Below, piece by piece: positions 40,628 to 51,241 of a DNA stretch of 64,000 bases (position 1 is its first letter; the number at the start of each line of letters is the position of its first letter). The stretch covers positions 2,784,001-2,848,000 of the forward strand of contig OY970192.1 of the NCBI GenBank assembly GCA_963708135.1. The letters run 5' to 3'. The notes beneath the pieces were generated by a model. That model saw nothing but the letters and a program-made list of their open reading frames with translations, did not search any database and had not been told where the DNA came from. Both the position numbers and the translations under genes were made by a program. Source of the DNA: an uncultured Gemmatimonadales bacterium. GTDB taxonomy: Bacteria > Gemmatimonadota > Gemmatimonadetes > Longimicrobiales > RSA9.

Positions 40628-43600
40628 ATGTCGATGCGACGCCCAGCCGTCCTCCTCCTCGCCGCCGCCATCGCGCCGGCGCTCTGCGTGCCCGCGCCGG
40701 GACGGGCGCAGCAGAGCGGCGCGAGACGTCTCGACTACGGGAGCCTCCAGGCGCCCGCGGCCCTCGACTCCGCGCTGCTGGCCGGCCTCTCGTGGCGCGG
40801 CATCGGGCCGAACCGGGGCGGCCGCTCGCTGGCGGTGGCGGGCAGCGCGCAACGCCCGGACGAGTACTACTTCGGCGCCACGGGTGGAGGCCTGTGGAAG
40901 ACGACCGACGGCGGGACCACGTGGAAGCCGATGACGGACGGGCAGGTCACGAGCAGCTCGGTCGGCGCGGTGGCGGTCGCGCCGTCCGATCCGGATGGGG
41001 TCTACATCGGCATGGGCGAGGCGGCCCTGCGGGGCAGCATCACGCAGGGCGACGGCATCTACCGGACCAGGGACGGCGGCAAGACCTGGGTGCACCTCGG
41101 GCTGGAGGGCACGCAGACGATCGCCCGCATCCGCGTGAGCCCCGCGGATCCCGACCTGGTCTACGTGGCCGCCCTGGGGCACCCGTACGGGCCGAACCCG
41201 GAGCGGGGGGTGTTCCGCTCGCGGGACGGAGGCGGGACGTGGCAGAAGGTGCTCTTCGTCTCCGACAGCGCGGGCGCGGTGGACCTGGCGATGGCGCCCG
41301 GCGACCCGAAGACGCTGTATGCGTCCATCTGGCAGGTGTACCGCACGCCCTGGAAGCTGTGGGACGGTGGCCCCCACTCGGGGCTGTGGAAGACTACCGA
41401 TGGAGGTGACCACTGGACGGAGCTAACCGGCCGCCCTGGCCTGCCCGCGGGGCCGATCGGCCGGATCGGGGTGACGGTCTCCGGCGGGGATCCGAGCCGG
41501 GTGTGGGCGATCGTGGAGGCGCCCGCGGGAGGCCTCTTCCGCTCCGACGACGCCGGGGCAACCTGGACGATGGTGAACGCCGAGCGGAAGATCCGGCAGC
41601 GCGCCTTCTACTTCAGCGACATCTACGGCGATCCTGTCGATCGGAACACCGTCTACGCGGGCAACGTCAGCTTCTTCCGCAGCCGCGACGGCGGCGTGAC
41701 CTTCAAGCGCGTCGACACTCCCCACGGCGACTACCATGCGCTGTGGATCGCGCCGAACGACCCGGAGCGCATGATCAACGGCAGCGACGGCGGAGGGGCG
41801 ATCACCGTGAACGGCGGCAAGTCGTGGACCGGCCTGGCTATCCCCACCGCGCAGTTCTACCACGTCTCGACCACGAGTGACTTCCCCTACCATGTGTGCG
41901 GCTCGCAGCAGGACAACTCCACGGCGTGCGTGCCCAGCGACGACTGGGAGAACCTGCATGAGCCGGGGACGGGAGCGGGCAGTTGGATGTACGCCGTGGC
42001 GGGAGGCGAGAGCGGGTATGTGACCCCCAGCCTGAAGCACCCGGGCGTCTTCTACGCGGGCACGCAGGGCGCGATCATGACGCGCTACGACCGCTCGAGC
42101 GGCCAGGTGCGCGACATCCAGCCCGACCCGCGCTTCTTCTCGGGCGAGCCGGCCAGCGCGCTGCGCGAGCGCTGGCAGTGGACCTTCCCGATCGTGATCG
42201 ATCCGATCGACTCGACCAGCCTCTACATCGCCTCGCAGCACGTCTGGCGCACGCGCGACGAGGGGCAGAGCTGGCAGAAGGTCAGCCCCGATCTCACCTA
42301 CGCCGAGCCGCAGACCCTGGGTCCGACCGGCGGGCCCATCACGATGGACATGAACGGCCCGGAGATCTACGCCACGGTGTTCGCGATCGCGCCCTCGTAC
42401 ATCGAGGAGGGGACGATCTGGGCGGGGTCCGACGACGGCCGCGTGCACATCACCCGCGACGGCGGCGCCCACTGGAGCGAGACCACGCCGCCGGACATGG
42501 AGAAGTTCACGCGCGTGAGCATCATCGATGCCTCGCGGCACGATGCCGGGACCGCATATTTGGCGGCCAACCGCTACCAGATGGACGACCGCGGCTCCTA
42601 CCTGTGGAAGACCCACGACTACGGGAAGAGCTGGACCCGCATCGGCCAGGGGATCCGCGGGCCGACCCGCGTCATCCGCGAGGATCCGGTCCGGCCCGGC
42701 CTGCTGTACGTGGGCACCGAGCACGGCGTCTGGATCTCGCCCGACGACGGCGCCCACTGGCAGCCGCTGCGGCCGGCCCGGGCGGACACTGCGGCGGGCG
42801 GGCTGCCGGACACGCCGGTCCGCGACCTCGTCGTGCAGGGGCGCGACCTCGTCCTCGGCACCCACGGGCGCGGCTTCTACGTCATGGACGACATCGGCCC
42901 GCTGCGCCAGACCGGCGCATCCGTCGCGGCGGAGGCCGTCCACCTCTACCGGCCCGCCGACGCCGTGCGTCGCACGCTGGGGAGCGGAAGCGGTGCGGGG
43001 TCGGCCGTCCTCCAGTACCGGCTCGCCGCGCCGGCCGACTCCGTTACGATCCAGATCCTGGACGGCGCCGGGAAGGTCGTCCGCACCTTCGCCGGCCCCA
43101 CGCCCGAGGCAAAGCCCGACTCGACCGCTGAAAGCGACGAGGCGCGCCGGCCGCCCGCGCCCACCGCGAAGGCCGGCCTCAACCGCTTCGCCTGGGACCT
43201 GCGCTACGCGCCGGCCACGAAATTCCCGGGAATGGTGATCTGGAACGGCACGACGCAGGGCCCGCTGGCGCCACCGGGCCCCTTCGAGGCGCGTCTGAGC
43301 GTTGACGGCCACAGCCAGACGCAGCCCTTCCGCGTGCTCGTGGATCCCCGCCTCGAGGGCGTGACGGCGGCCGACCTGCAGGCCGAGTTCGCGCTGGCCT
43401 CGCAGATCCGGGATGCCACGGACCTCGCGCACCGGGCCGTAATCCAGATCCGCTCGCTCCGCCGCCAGTTGCTCGAGCGCCTGGCGAAGGTGACCGGAAG
43501 TGACTCGCTGCTGGCCGCGGATACCACGGCGGGCCAGGGCGGAGCGGGCGAGTCCTGGGTCACGCGGGAGGAAGCGGACGCGGCCATCCAGGCCGCGCGC

Positions 43601-43930
43601 GCAAGGGCGCCCGCCCTGGCCGGCGCGGCCCGTGCCCTGGTCGAGAGCCAGGCAGTCATCGAGGAGGCGCTCTACCAGATCCGGAACCGGGCCGTGGAGG
43701 ATCCCCTCAACTTCCCGATCCGGCTCGACAACCGCCTGGCCGCCCTGCGGCGCAGCCTCGAGACGGGGAACGCCCGTCCGACCGACGCGCAGGTGCGGGT
43801 GTACAGCGAGCTCGAGCGCGAGCTCCAGGGCCATATCCGGGACCTCGACGCCACCCTGTCGAAGCAGCTCGCCACCGTGAACCGGGAGCTGCGGGGCCGG
43901 GGGCTCGGTGCTCTCCCGATCGAGCGCTAG
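40628..43930 (+). CDS. VPS10/BNR-repeat glycosyl-hydrolase-like secreted protein
   Basis: GAGGAG RBS; signal peptide; many S/TxDGGxTW Asp-box repeats. Confidence 0.88.
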   Translation: MSMRRPAVLLLAAAIAPALCVPAPGRAQQSGARRLDYGSLQAPAALDSALLAGLSWRGIGPNRGGRSLAVAGSAQRPDEYYFGATGGGLWKTTDGGTTWKPMTDGQVTSSSVGAVAVAPSDPDGVYIGMGEAALRGSITQGDGIYRTRDGGKTWVHLGLEGTQTIARIRVSPADPDLVYVAALGHPYGPNPERGVFRSRDGGGTWQKVLFVSDSAGAVDLAMAPGDPKTLYASIWQVYRTPWKLWDGGPHSGLWKTTDGGDHWTELTGRPGLPAGPIGRIGVTVSGGDPSRVWAIVEAPAGGLFRSDDAGATWTMVNAERKIRQRAFYFSDIYGDPVDRNTVYAGNVSFFRSRDGGVTFKRVDTPHGDYHALWIAPNDPERMINGSDGGGAITVNGGKSWTGLAIPTAQFYHVSTTSDFPYHVCGSQQDNSTACVPSDDWENLHEPGTGAGSWMYAVAGGESGYVTPSLKHPGVFYAGTQGAIMTRYDRSSGQVRDIQPDPRFFSGEPASALRERWQWTFPIVIDPIDSTSLYIASQHVWRTRDEGQSWQKVSPDLTYAEPQTLGPTGGPITMDMNGPEIYATVFAIAPSYIEEGTIWAGSDDGRVHITRDGGAHWSETTPPDMEKFTRVSIIDASRHDAGTAYLAANRYQMDDRGSYLWKTHDYGKSWTRIGQGIRGPTRVIREDPVRPGLLYVGTEHGVWISPDDGAHWQPLRPARADTAAGGLPDTPVRDLVVQGRDLVLGTHGRGFYVMDDIGPLRQTGASVAAEAVHLYRPADAVRRTLGSGSGAGSAVLQYRLAAPADSVTIQILDGAGKVVRTFAGPTPEAKPDSTAESDEARRPPAPTAKAGLNRFAWDLRYAPATKFPGMVIWNGTTQGPLAPPGPFEARLSVDGHSQTQPFRVLVDPRLEGVTAADLQAEFALASQIRDATDLAHRAVIQIRSLRRQLLERLAKVTGSDSLLAADTTAGQGGAGESWVTREEADAAIQAARARAPALAGAARALVESQAVIEEALYQIRNRAVEDPLNFPIRLDNRLAALRRSLETGNARPTDAQVRVYSELERELQGHIRDLDATLSKQLATVNRELRGRGLGALPIER

Positions 43931-43968
43931 AGCCGGGAGCGGGCTTCAACATCCTCCAGCGGACTTCT

Positions 43969-45120
43969 TCAACCGGATGCTCGGAAAGGGGGACGCTCGA
44001 GCGGCGGGAGGACGCTGAGCCGGCGCGCGTCGAGATCGGCCTCCGGCGCGGGGAAGTACTTCCGCTTCCACCACAGCGCCACGGTCACCAGCGCGATGAG
44101 CACCGGCACCTCCACCAGCGGGCCGATCACGGCGGCGAACGCCGCCCCGTGGGCGATGCCGAACGTCCCCACGGCCACCGCGATGGCCAGCTCGAAGTTG
44201 TTCGACGCGGCCGTGAAGGACAGCGTCGCCGTCCGGGGGTAGCTCGCCCCCAGCGCCCGGCTCGTGAAGAACGTGACGGCGAACATGACCAGGAAGTAGA
44301 TCAGCAGCGGGACCGCCACCAGCACCACCTGCGACGGCTGCTCCAGGATCGCCTGCCCCTGGATCGAAAACATCACCACGATGGTGAACAGCAGCGCCAC
44401 CAGGGTGACGGGGCTGATCTTGGGGATGAACCGCTCGTGATACCACGCCTTCCCCTTCGCCTTCACGAGGACGAAGCGGGTCAGCATTCCGGCGAGGAAC
44501 GGGATGCCGAGGTAGATGAGCACGCTCTCGGCGATCTGCCCCATGCTGATGTCCACCACCGTGCCCTCGAGGCCCAGCCACCGCGGCACGACGGTGATGA
44601 AGACCCACGCGTAGACCGAGTAGAACAGGACCTGGAAGATCGAGTTGAAGGCGACGAGCCCCGCCGCGTACTCGTTGTCGCCCTCCGCCAGCTCGTTCCA
44701 GACGATCACCATGGCAATGCAGCGGGCCAGCCCGATCAGGATGAGACCCACCATGAGCTGCGGGTGGTTGCGCAGGAACAGGACGGCCAGCCCGAACATG
44801 AGCAGCGGCCCCACGACCCAGTTCTGGACCAGCGACAGCCCGAGCACCTTCCAGTCCCGGAACACGTCGCCCAGCTCCTCGTAGCGCACCTTCGCCAGCG
44901 GCGGGTACATCATCAGGATCAGCCCGATGGCGATCGGGATGGACGTGGTCCCCACCTGCGTCGCATCGTTGATGGCCGTGACCGATTCGGGCCACAGGTA
45001 ACCCAGCCCCACGCCGGCCGCCATGGCCAGGCCGATCCACGCCGTCAGGTACCGATCGAGGAACGACATCCGCCGCCCCACGCTCCGCTGCTCCGTCGTG
45101 TGCCCCGCTCCCTGGTCCAT
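43969..45120 (-). CDS. acr3: ACR3-family arsenite efflux transporter
   Basis: [43 protein letters not shown]. Confidence 0.95.
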   Translation of the reverse strand: MDQGAGHTTEQRSVGRRMSFLDRYLTAWIGLAMAAGVGLGYLWPESVTAINDATQVGTTSIPIAIGLILMMYPPLAKVRYEELGDVFRDWKVLGLSLVQNWVVGPLLMFGLAVLFLRNHPQLMVGLILIGLARCIAMVIVWNELAEGDNEYAAGLVAFNSIFQVLFYSVYAWVFITVVPRWLGLEGTVVDISMGQIAESVLIYLGIPFLAGMLTRFVLVKAKGKAWYHERFIPKISPVTLVALLFTIVVMFSIQGQAILEQPSQVVLVAVPLLIYFLVMFAVTFFTSRALGASYPRTATLSFTAASNNFELAIAVAVGTFGIAHGAAFAAVIGPLVEVPVLIALVTVALWWKRKYFPAPEADLDARRLSVLPPLERPPFRASG

Positions 45121-45142
45121 GACTCCCCGCCTTCGGCGCCCG

Positions 45143-45916
45143 TCAGCGGGCGTCCGGCGCGTGCGCCCGTGGCATGCCGCCCGTCTCCAGGTATCCCGCG
45201 AACTCGTCCGGAAGCTCGCTCACCCGGATCGCCTCGGTCGCCCGCCCCAGGTCGTATTCGACGCGGACGAGCTCGATGCCCGCGTCCTCCCCGTCCAGCT
45301 CCGCCAGCACGTAACCCGCGCGCCAGTCGCCATCCTTCGGCCGTCCCACCGACCCCGTGTTGACGAAGTGGATCCCCTCCACCGCCCGGTGCCACGGCTT
45401 GTGCGTGTGGCCGAACGCCACCGCGTCGCCCGCCTTCGCGCCGAGATGCTCCGCCATCTGCAGGCAGAACCTGTCGGAGCGATCCTCCGTCCAGTAGACC
45501 GTGTTCAGCACCGGGTTGCCATGCACGAGGAGGAGCCGCGGGCCGGCGGTGTGGCCGCCCAGCGGCCGGATGTCGATCCGGAACGGCAAGCTTCCCAACC
45601 AGCGCTTCGTCTCGGCCGTCACGTGCGCCCGGGTCCACTCGTAGCTGAGGTGGCTCAGCTCTTCCTGGCGCGGATCCTCGTACCTGCAGCCGCAGTGCTC
45701 GTAGTCGCCGGCCGTCGTCGAGTCGTAGTTCCCGGCGACGCCGGGGATCGCCCGCTCCCGCAGCGCCCCGACCACCTCGTTCGGCCACGGCGCGTACCCC
45801 ACGAGGTCCCCGAGGTGGTAGACGCCCGCCAGCTCCTCGCGGGCCTCGATGTCCGCCAGCACCGCTTCCAGCGCGGGAAGGTTGCCGTGGATGTCGCTGA
45901 TCAGCGCGTACTTCAC
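45143..45916 (-). CDS. Metallophosphoesterase (ars-associated)
   Basis: SDIHGN, GDLVG, GNYD, GHTH, NTGSVG. Confidence 0.92.
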   Translation of the reverse strand: MKYALISDIHGNLPALEAVLADIEAREELAGVYHLGDLVGYAPWPNEVVGALRERAIPGVAGNYDSTTAGDYEHCGCRYEDPRQEELSHLSYEWTRAHVTAETKRWLGSLPFRIDIRPLGGHTAGPRLLLVHGNPVLNTVYWTEDRSDRFCLQMAEHLGAKAGDAVAFGHTHKPWHRAVEGIHFVNTGSVGRPKDGDWRAGYVLAELDGEDAGIELVRVEYDLGRATEAIRVSELPDEFAGYLETGGMPRAHAPDAR

Positions 45917-45917
45917 T

Positions 45918-46745
45918 TCATGCCCCGACCGGTTTCTTCGCCCGCACGAACGCCGACATGAAACGACCCTCCACCGCCTCCGTGAAGCCGTCCAGCTCCA
46001 GCCCCGCCTCCTTCAGGAACGACCGGGCATCCTCGGGCTCGTAGATCCGCGTCGGCTCCATGCTCGGCGCCTCGAAGCCCGCCTCCAGCAGCAGCCGCTC
46101 GAACTCGCGCTCTTCCAGCGCGCCCGCCACGCAGCCCACCCAGAGCTCCATGCTGCGCCGGACCTCCGCCGGCACCTCCCCCCGCACCACTACGTCCGAC
46201 ACCGCGAACCGCCCGCCCGGCCTCAGCACCCGGTAGGCCTCCCGGAGCACCCGCCCCTTGTCCGCCGACAGGTTGATCACGCAGTTGCTGATGATCACGT
46301 CCACGCTCTCGTCGGGAAGCGGGATGTTCTCGATGTCGCCCTCCAGGAACTCCACGTTCTCGGCGCCCGCTTCCGCCGCGTTCCGGCGCGCAAGCTCCAG
46401 CATCTCTTACGTCATGTCGAGCCCGTACGCCTTCCCCGTCGGGCCCACGCGCTTCGCGCTCAGCAGCACGTCGATCCCACCGCCGCTCCCCAGGTCCAGC
46501 ACCACCTCACCCTCCGCGAGCTCCGCCAGGGCCGTCGGGTTCCCGCAACCCAGCGACGCCAGCACCGCCATCTCCGGCAACGACGAGGTCGTGACCGCAT
46601 CGTACAGGTCCCGCGTGATCGGATCCGCGGCGTCCGGACCGCAGCCACACGACGTCCCGCAGCACGTCCCCTTCGATCCCGCCGCCGCCCGGACCGCAGC
46701 CTCCCCGTACTTCTGCTTGACCACCGCCTTCACGTCCGCGCTCAT
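45918..46745 (-). pseudogene. arsM: Arsenite methyltransferase with an in-frame TAA at 46407-46409
   Basis: [41 protein letters not shown]; both halves in the same frame. Confidence 0.9.
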
Positions 46746-46758
46746 TCCCCGCCTCCGT

Positions 46759-46816
46759 ATCAATGGCGATTGATGGATCGAAGGGGAGTATACATCAACT
46801 GCCATTGATCCGTCAA
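46759..46816 (-). promoter_or_regulatory. ars promoter with two ArsR/SmtB operator boxes
   Basis: ATCAA-N6-TTGAT at 46759-46774 and 46794-46809; TTGACG-18nt-TATACT. Confidence 0.8.
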
Positions 46817-46881
46817 GGGGTGGGGGCGCCCCCTGGCCGGGGGGGCGTGCCGCCGGGGGGCGGAGGCGGGATCCCGCGCAA

Positions 46882-47349
46882 CTATCCCGCCGGTTCGTCC
46901 GGCGATTCCCCGAGGGCGTGCAGGTCGGCGCGGTCCTTCGGCCGTCCCGTGGCGCGCTTGGTCGCCACGATCTCGCGTCGGCCCAGGAAGGGGACCCTCC
47001 GGTCCCTGACCGACCTCTCAACCCGGCCGCGCCATGCCGTTTCGAAATCCGGAACCCCGGAGAGGCCCGTCAGAAGATCGATGCGTAGAGGTGGGAGACC
47101 GAGCTGAACCACTACGTCAGGGCGAGTCAGGTCCTCTGGCGTGAGCGCAAGACTCTCCAGCGGCGCCCCGAACTCGGCGAGGCTTCGCCAGACGTGCCTC
47201 ACGTTCGAGGGAACCGGATCGATCCAGACGTCCAGGTCCTGCGTCCCTCGCGGAATCCCGTGAACGGCGAGCGCGTGAGCACCTACCACGAGGAATCGCG
47301 CTCCGGAGTCGAGCAGCGCGGCGAGAAAGTCGAACCAGTCGTCGTTCAC
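46882..47349 (-). CDS. Nucleotidyltransferase-fold protein (DUF6036-like)
   Basis: [38 protein letters not shown] overlap with the upstream gene. Confidence 0.8.
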   Translation of the reverse strand: MNDDWFDFLAALLDSGARFLVVGAHALAVHGIPRGTQDLDVWIDPVPSNVRHVWRSLAEFGAPLESLALTPEDLTRPDVVVQLGLPPLRIDLLTGLSGVPDFETAWRGRVERSVRDRRVPFLGRREIVATKRATGRPKDRADLHALGESPDEPAG

Positions 47350-47564
47350 TGGCCGCGGAACACCCGGACGGGAATCTGCGATCGCTCGTAGGCGGGGAAC
47401 GGCCGCCCCGTCAGCTCCCACATGCGCTTCGACAGGGTCCAGACGAGTGCGAGCCGCTCCTCGGCGGTTGTCGAATCGGCGAGATCGTCCGGCTCCGGCT
47501 CGGCCAGCGGCCGGATCCGGACCGACCAGTCCCGGGCCCGGTTGCGTCGGTCCTCTTCAGCCAT
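47346..47564 (-). CDS. Small partner protein of the nucleotidyltransferase
   Basis: 72 aa, TAEERLALVWTLS; translationally coupled; TAGCTT 6 nt before the ATG. Confidence 0.7.
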   Translation of the reverse strand: MAEEDRRNRARDWSVRIRPLAEPEPDDLADSTTAEERLALVWTLSKRMWELTGRPFPAYERSQIPVRVFRGQ

Positions 47565-47573
47565 GCGCGAAAG

Positions 47574-47699
47574 CTAGGACGAACGGCCGCTGGCCACCAG
47601 CCACACGACCGCGGCTATGCCGCCGGCGCCGAGCTCGCGCTCGATCGCGTAGCGGCCCGCGAGGGCGGCGCCGAACCGGGGAGGGATGACGCTCGTCAC
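47574..47699 (-). pseudogene. Relic N-terminus of a third Ser/Thr kinase
   Basis: 47617-47666 is identical to 53817-53866; encodes AALAGRYAIERELGAGG. Confidence 0.75.
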
Positions 47700-47776
47700 T
47701 GCTGGCCGCCCATCCGTTACCGTGGAGCTTGGCGAGGTTCAGCGCGCGTTTCGCGTGGCGGGGCCAGCGCGGCGAA

Positions 47777-48166
47777 TCATGCAGGTAGCACCTCGACTTC
47801 GTACAGGTGGAAGGTGCGGTCGGCCGTCAGGATCGGGACGCCCTCCAGTTGCGCCTGCGCGATGAGGAGTCGATCGAACGGATCGCGGTGGAGGGCGGGG
47901 AGCGATGCCACGCGCAGGGCATGCCGGTGATACACCGGGAGCGGCGTGATGCCGGTCCGGGCTATCAGCGGTGGAATGTACACTTCAGGTGGTTGCGGGA
48001 GCTGCAGTTTGCCCAGCGCGTACTTGATCGCGATCTCCCAGCCGCTGGCGGCGGACAGCAGGAGCTCGTTATCGGCCGAGACGACCAGTGGACGGGCCTT
48101 CCTGGACAGCCGTTCGGGCGACGCCAGCATCCAGAGCCAGACCTGCGTGTCGAGCAACAATCTCAC
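47777..48166 (-). CDS. vapC: PIN-domain toxin VapC
   Basis: LLLDTQVWLW, WEIAIK, HRDPFDRLLIAQA. Confidence 0.92.
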   Translation of the reverse strand: MRLLLDTQVWLWMLASPERLSRKARPLVVSADNELLLSAASGWEIAIKYALGKLQLPQPPEVYIPPLIARTGITPLPVYHRHALRVASLPALHRDPFDRLLIAQAQLEGVPILTADRTFHLYEVEVLPA

Positions 48167-48411
48167 GACTCGAATGCCCCGAGCATGTCCGGCGGCAGTG
48201 GGGCATCGAAGTCGTCGGCCACGACCATGCGGCCCTTCTCCGTGCCCAGGGGCCGGGCCTCGTCCGGGCGCGTCAGCGGAATCAACCGGGCCACCGGGAC
48301 CCCCGCCCTCGCGATGACGACGTCCTCACCATCCGCAACGCGCTGGAGCAGCTCGGACAGGTGCGTCTTGGCCTGGTGCACGTTGTAGATGTTCGGTTTG
48401 TGAAGCTTCAT
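48163..48411 (-). CDS. Phd/YefM antitoxin
   Basis: NVHQAKTHLSELL..GEDVVIARAGVPVARL..DDFDAPLP. Confidence 0.92.
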   Translation of the reverse strand: MKLHKPNIYNVHQAKTHLSELLQRVADGEDVVIARAGVPVARLIPLTRPDEARPLGTEKGRMVVADDFDAPLPPDMLGAFES

Positions 48412-48418
48412 GGGATCG

Positions 48419-48447
48419 ATGTTAGCTAAGGCAATGGACTAAGTCAA
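48419..48447 (-). promoter_or_regulatory. Sigma70 promoter, leaderless TA transcript
   Basis: TTGACT-17nt-TAACAT, ATG 7 nt downstream. Confidence 0.65.
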
Positions 48448-48459
48448 TGCGAACGCCGC

Positions 48460-51168
48460 TCACCGGCCGTGCCGCAGCCGGGGCGCGACCTCGTCGAACC
48501 AGTGCAGCACCACATCCAGCGCGGGCTGCGCCGGCGGCTTGATGAAGAGGAAATGTCGGTCGTCGGCGGCGATATCGTATGGCGCGTGCAATCGGTCCGT
48601 CACGTAGGGAAGCGCACTGAACAGCGCGCGACGGTTTGCGACCGTGAGCCGTGTGCCGGCGCTCACGTCCACGGCCATGAAGCGCCCGTCCAGGGCGCGG
48701 TAGAAGAGCGCACGCCCGGCGTGTGACCAGAGGGGGCCGGTGCCGCCATCGGTCGAAACCTGCGTGCGGGCGCCGGGGCCGGGAAATGCGGCTACGTACA
48801 CCTCGTCGCGGCCGGTCTCGTTCGAGGTGTACGCCAGCCAGTGACCGTCGGGCGCGAGCGCCGGATTCAGCTCGTCGGCCTGGGTGGCGAGGAAGGTGTG
48901 CGTGGTGGTGTCGGACCCGGGGTGCGAGTACCGCAGGTCGCGGTTGGTACGCGCGTCATCGTACCCATCGCGGTAGACAACCCACGGCGTGCTGGCGACC
49001 CAGCTCACTTCCTGAGCGTGGCGCGGGGAGGAGATGAAGAGCCGGACCGTATCGCGACCGTCCACGGGCTTGAGCCACAATGATCTGACGCCTGTCGCGT
49101 TTCCGCGGTCGGACTGGAACACGATGCCCGAGCCGTCCGGCGACCAGGCGGGGCGATTGTTGACCTGACCCGCCTCGCGCGCGAACGGCGAGAGTGTCTC
49201 GTTCGCGATGTCGTACAGCCAGACGGCGCCCGCTTCATCGGTTTCGCTCAGCGCCACGCGGTCGCCGCGCGGCGACACGGCGATGGCATTGACTGGCCTG
49301 TCTATCGGCGCGCCGAGCGGCGATTCCACTCCGTCGCGCGTCACCCACACGAGCTGCGCGGTGGGCGGAAGCGCGCGCACGTAGGTGAGCGTGCCATCAC
49401 GACCGAGGGCCACCTCGGCCGTCCCCTCACCGGTGTAGACGTTCGTGAGGAGGGGTGCCGCCGCTCCACCTGTGGTGAGGTGTCGCTCGTCGAAAGGAAT
49501 CGCCTGGAGCGTACCGTCGCTGGTCACGAAAAGCAGGTGGCCGTCGCGGACCCCGACTACGTAGGATCCTTTCACGACCTGTCGCGTCTTGCGCGTGCGG
49601 AGATCGACCGCCTCGATGTCCCCCTCGCGTCCGTCGCCGCGATAGATGGAGAACGCGACCGCGGTCCCCCCGGGAAGGAGTCTCGGACTGCGCTGGGCTC
49701 GGAATCCCAGTGGCAGCCTCGACTGCTCGAGTGTAGCGATCCTCTCGGTCGCGCCGCCGGTGGCCCGCACCCGCGCGACGACGAGACTGTCGGTGTCGAT
49801 GAAGTAGACGTAGCCGTCGTCGCCCCAGTCGATCCCGTCGGCCCACGAAGCGGTGTGCGCGATGGGCACGGGGGTCCCGCCGGCGATCGGGATCGTGCGC
49901 ACCTCGTGCGCGCCTGTGGTGTAGGCCAGCGAGGCGCCGTCGGGCGAGAACGACAGTGCCTTCGCCCCGGCGGTGCCGGCGAGGAGCACCGGCTCGGCAC
50001 GGTCCAGGTGGCGAACGTAGATCCCCGCGCGGTCGGACGCGCTCCGGTCCGTGTAGGCGAGGGTCCGGCCGTCGGGCGCGATGGCGAGGATTACCGTCTC
50101 GTCGGCGTGATCCGGCGCCGCAACCGGGATGCTGAACCGCGTGACCTCGCCGTTGCGTGATGCGGCGGCGCGCCGCCAGGCCACCACCGCGGCAACGGCG
50201 AGGATCGCGCATGCGGCGGCAATGCCGGAGGCTATGAGCGCTGCTCGCCGTGCGCGGTGGACGCGTTGGTTCGCCAGAGCTCCGCCCGCGTGCGCGCGAC
50301 GCCCGCCACCGCGGAGCCGCCCGGGTGCGTCGCCCGCGAGTGCCGCCGAGAATTCGTGGGCCGTGCTCCAACGGTCGGCGGGGAGCTTCTGCAGCGCGAT
50401 CGTGACGGCGTCGTCGATCGCTTCCGAGATGCTCTTGCGGTGCGTGCTGGGGATGGGTGGCTCGGCTGTAAGGACCTGCGCCACGATGGCCTGCGCATTC
50501 GGTCCCGTGAACGGCGGCTGTCCGACGAGCATCTCATACGTCACCGCGCCCAGCGCGTAGATGTCGGCGCGCGGGCCCATGTCGCGCTCGCCCATTGCCT
50601 GCTCGGGGGCCATGTACTGCGGCGTGCCGAGCGACAGCCCGGTCTGCGTCATGCGCTGGCCGCCGGCCTGCTCGACCGCCAGGGCAATGCCGAAATCGGC
50701 GACGAGCGCGTGGCCGTTCTGGAGCAGGATGTTCTCGGGCTTGATGTCGCGGTGGACCACACCCCGCTCGTGGGCGTACGCGAGCGCGTCCGCCGCTTCG
50801 GTCGCGATCCGCACCGCATCGCCGACCGGCAGCTGGCGCTCCCGCTCCAGTCGCGTCCGCAGCGTCTCGCCCTCGACGAACGGCATCACGTAGTAGAGGA
50901 GGCCGTCCGCGCTTCCACTGTCGAACAGCGGGAGGATGTGCGGGTGCTGCAGGCTGGCGGTGAGCTCGATCTCCTTGAGGAAGCGCTCGGGGCCGAGGAT
51001 CGCCGAGAGCTCGGGGTGCAGCACCTTGATCGCGACCTGGCGGTGGTGCTTGACGTCCTGGGCGACATAGACCGTGGCCATGCCGCCCGCACCGAGCTCG
51101 CGCTCGAGGTTGTAGCGTCCCTCGAGCGCGGGGCGCAGGCGCGCGAGGCCGTCGGCGGCCACCGTCAT
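48460..51168 (-). CDS. Hanks-type Ser/Thr kinase, TM, PD40 beta-propeller sensor
   Basis: LGAGGMATV, VAIK, HRDIKPEN, DFG, YMAPE; TM; SPDG repeats. Confidence 0.93.
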   Translation of the reverse strand: MTVAADGLARLRPALEGRYNLERELGAGGMATVYVAQDVKHHRQVAIKVLHPELSAILGPERFLKEIELTASLQHPHILPLFDSGSADGLLYYVMPFVEGETLRTRLERERQLPVGDAVRIATEAADALAYAHERGVVHRDIKPENILLQNGHALVADFGIALAVEQAGGQRMTQTGLSLGTPQYMAPEQAMGERDMGPRADIYALGAVTYEMLVGQPPFTGPNAQAIVAQVLTAEPPIPSTHRKSISEAIDDAVTIALQKLPADRWSTAHEFSAALAGDAPGRLRGGGRRAHAGGALANQRVHRARRAALIASGIAAACAILAVAAVVAWRRAAASRNGEVTRFSIPVAAPDHADETVILAIAPDGRTLAYTDRSASDRAGIYVRHLDRAEPVLLAGTAGAKALSFSPDGASLAYTTGAHEVRTIPIAGGTPVPIAHTASWADGIDWGDDGYVYFIDTDSLVVARVRATGGATERIATLEQSRLPLGFRAQRSPRLLPGGTAVAFSIYRGDGREGDIEAVDLRTRKTRQVVKGSYVVGVRDGHLLFVTSDGTLQAIPFDERHLTTGGAAAPLLTNVYTGEGTAEVALGRDGTLTYVRALPPTAQLVWVTRDGVESPLGAPIDRPVNAIAVSPRGDRVALSETDEAGAVWLYDIANETLSPFAREAGQVNNRPAWSPDGSGIVFQSDRGNATGVRSLWLKPVDGRDTVRLFISSPRHAQEVSWVASTPWVVYRDGYDDARTNRDLRYSHPGSDTTTHTFLATQADELNPALAPDGHWLAYTSNETGRDEVYVAAFPGPGARTQVSTDGGTGPLWSHAGRALFYRALDGRFMAVDVSAGTRLTVANRRALFSALPYVTDRLHAPYDIAADDRHFLFIKPPAQPALDVVLHWFDEVAPRLRHGR

Positions 51169-51241
51169 GCGGGACCTCCGCCGTGCAGGGGAGAGTGCCG
51201 GCGCAGGCCAGCGGGGAGGCGAGCGGAGAGCGGTATGCTCG

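Noticed and set aside
46407..46409. Recoding (Sec/Pyl) of the arsM stop
   Set aside because: The codon is TAA, and the position is not a Cys/Lys site.
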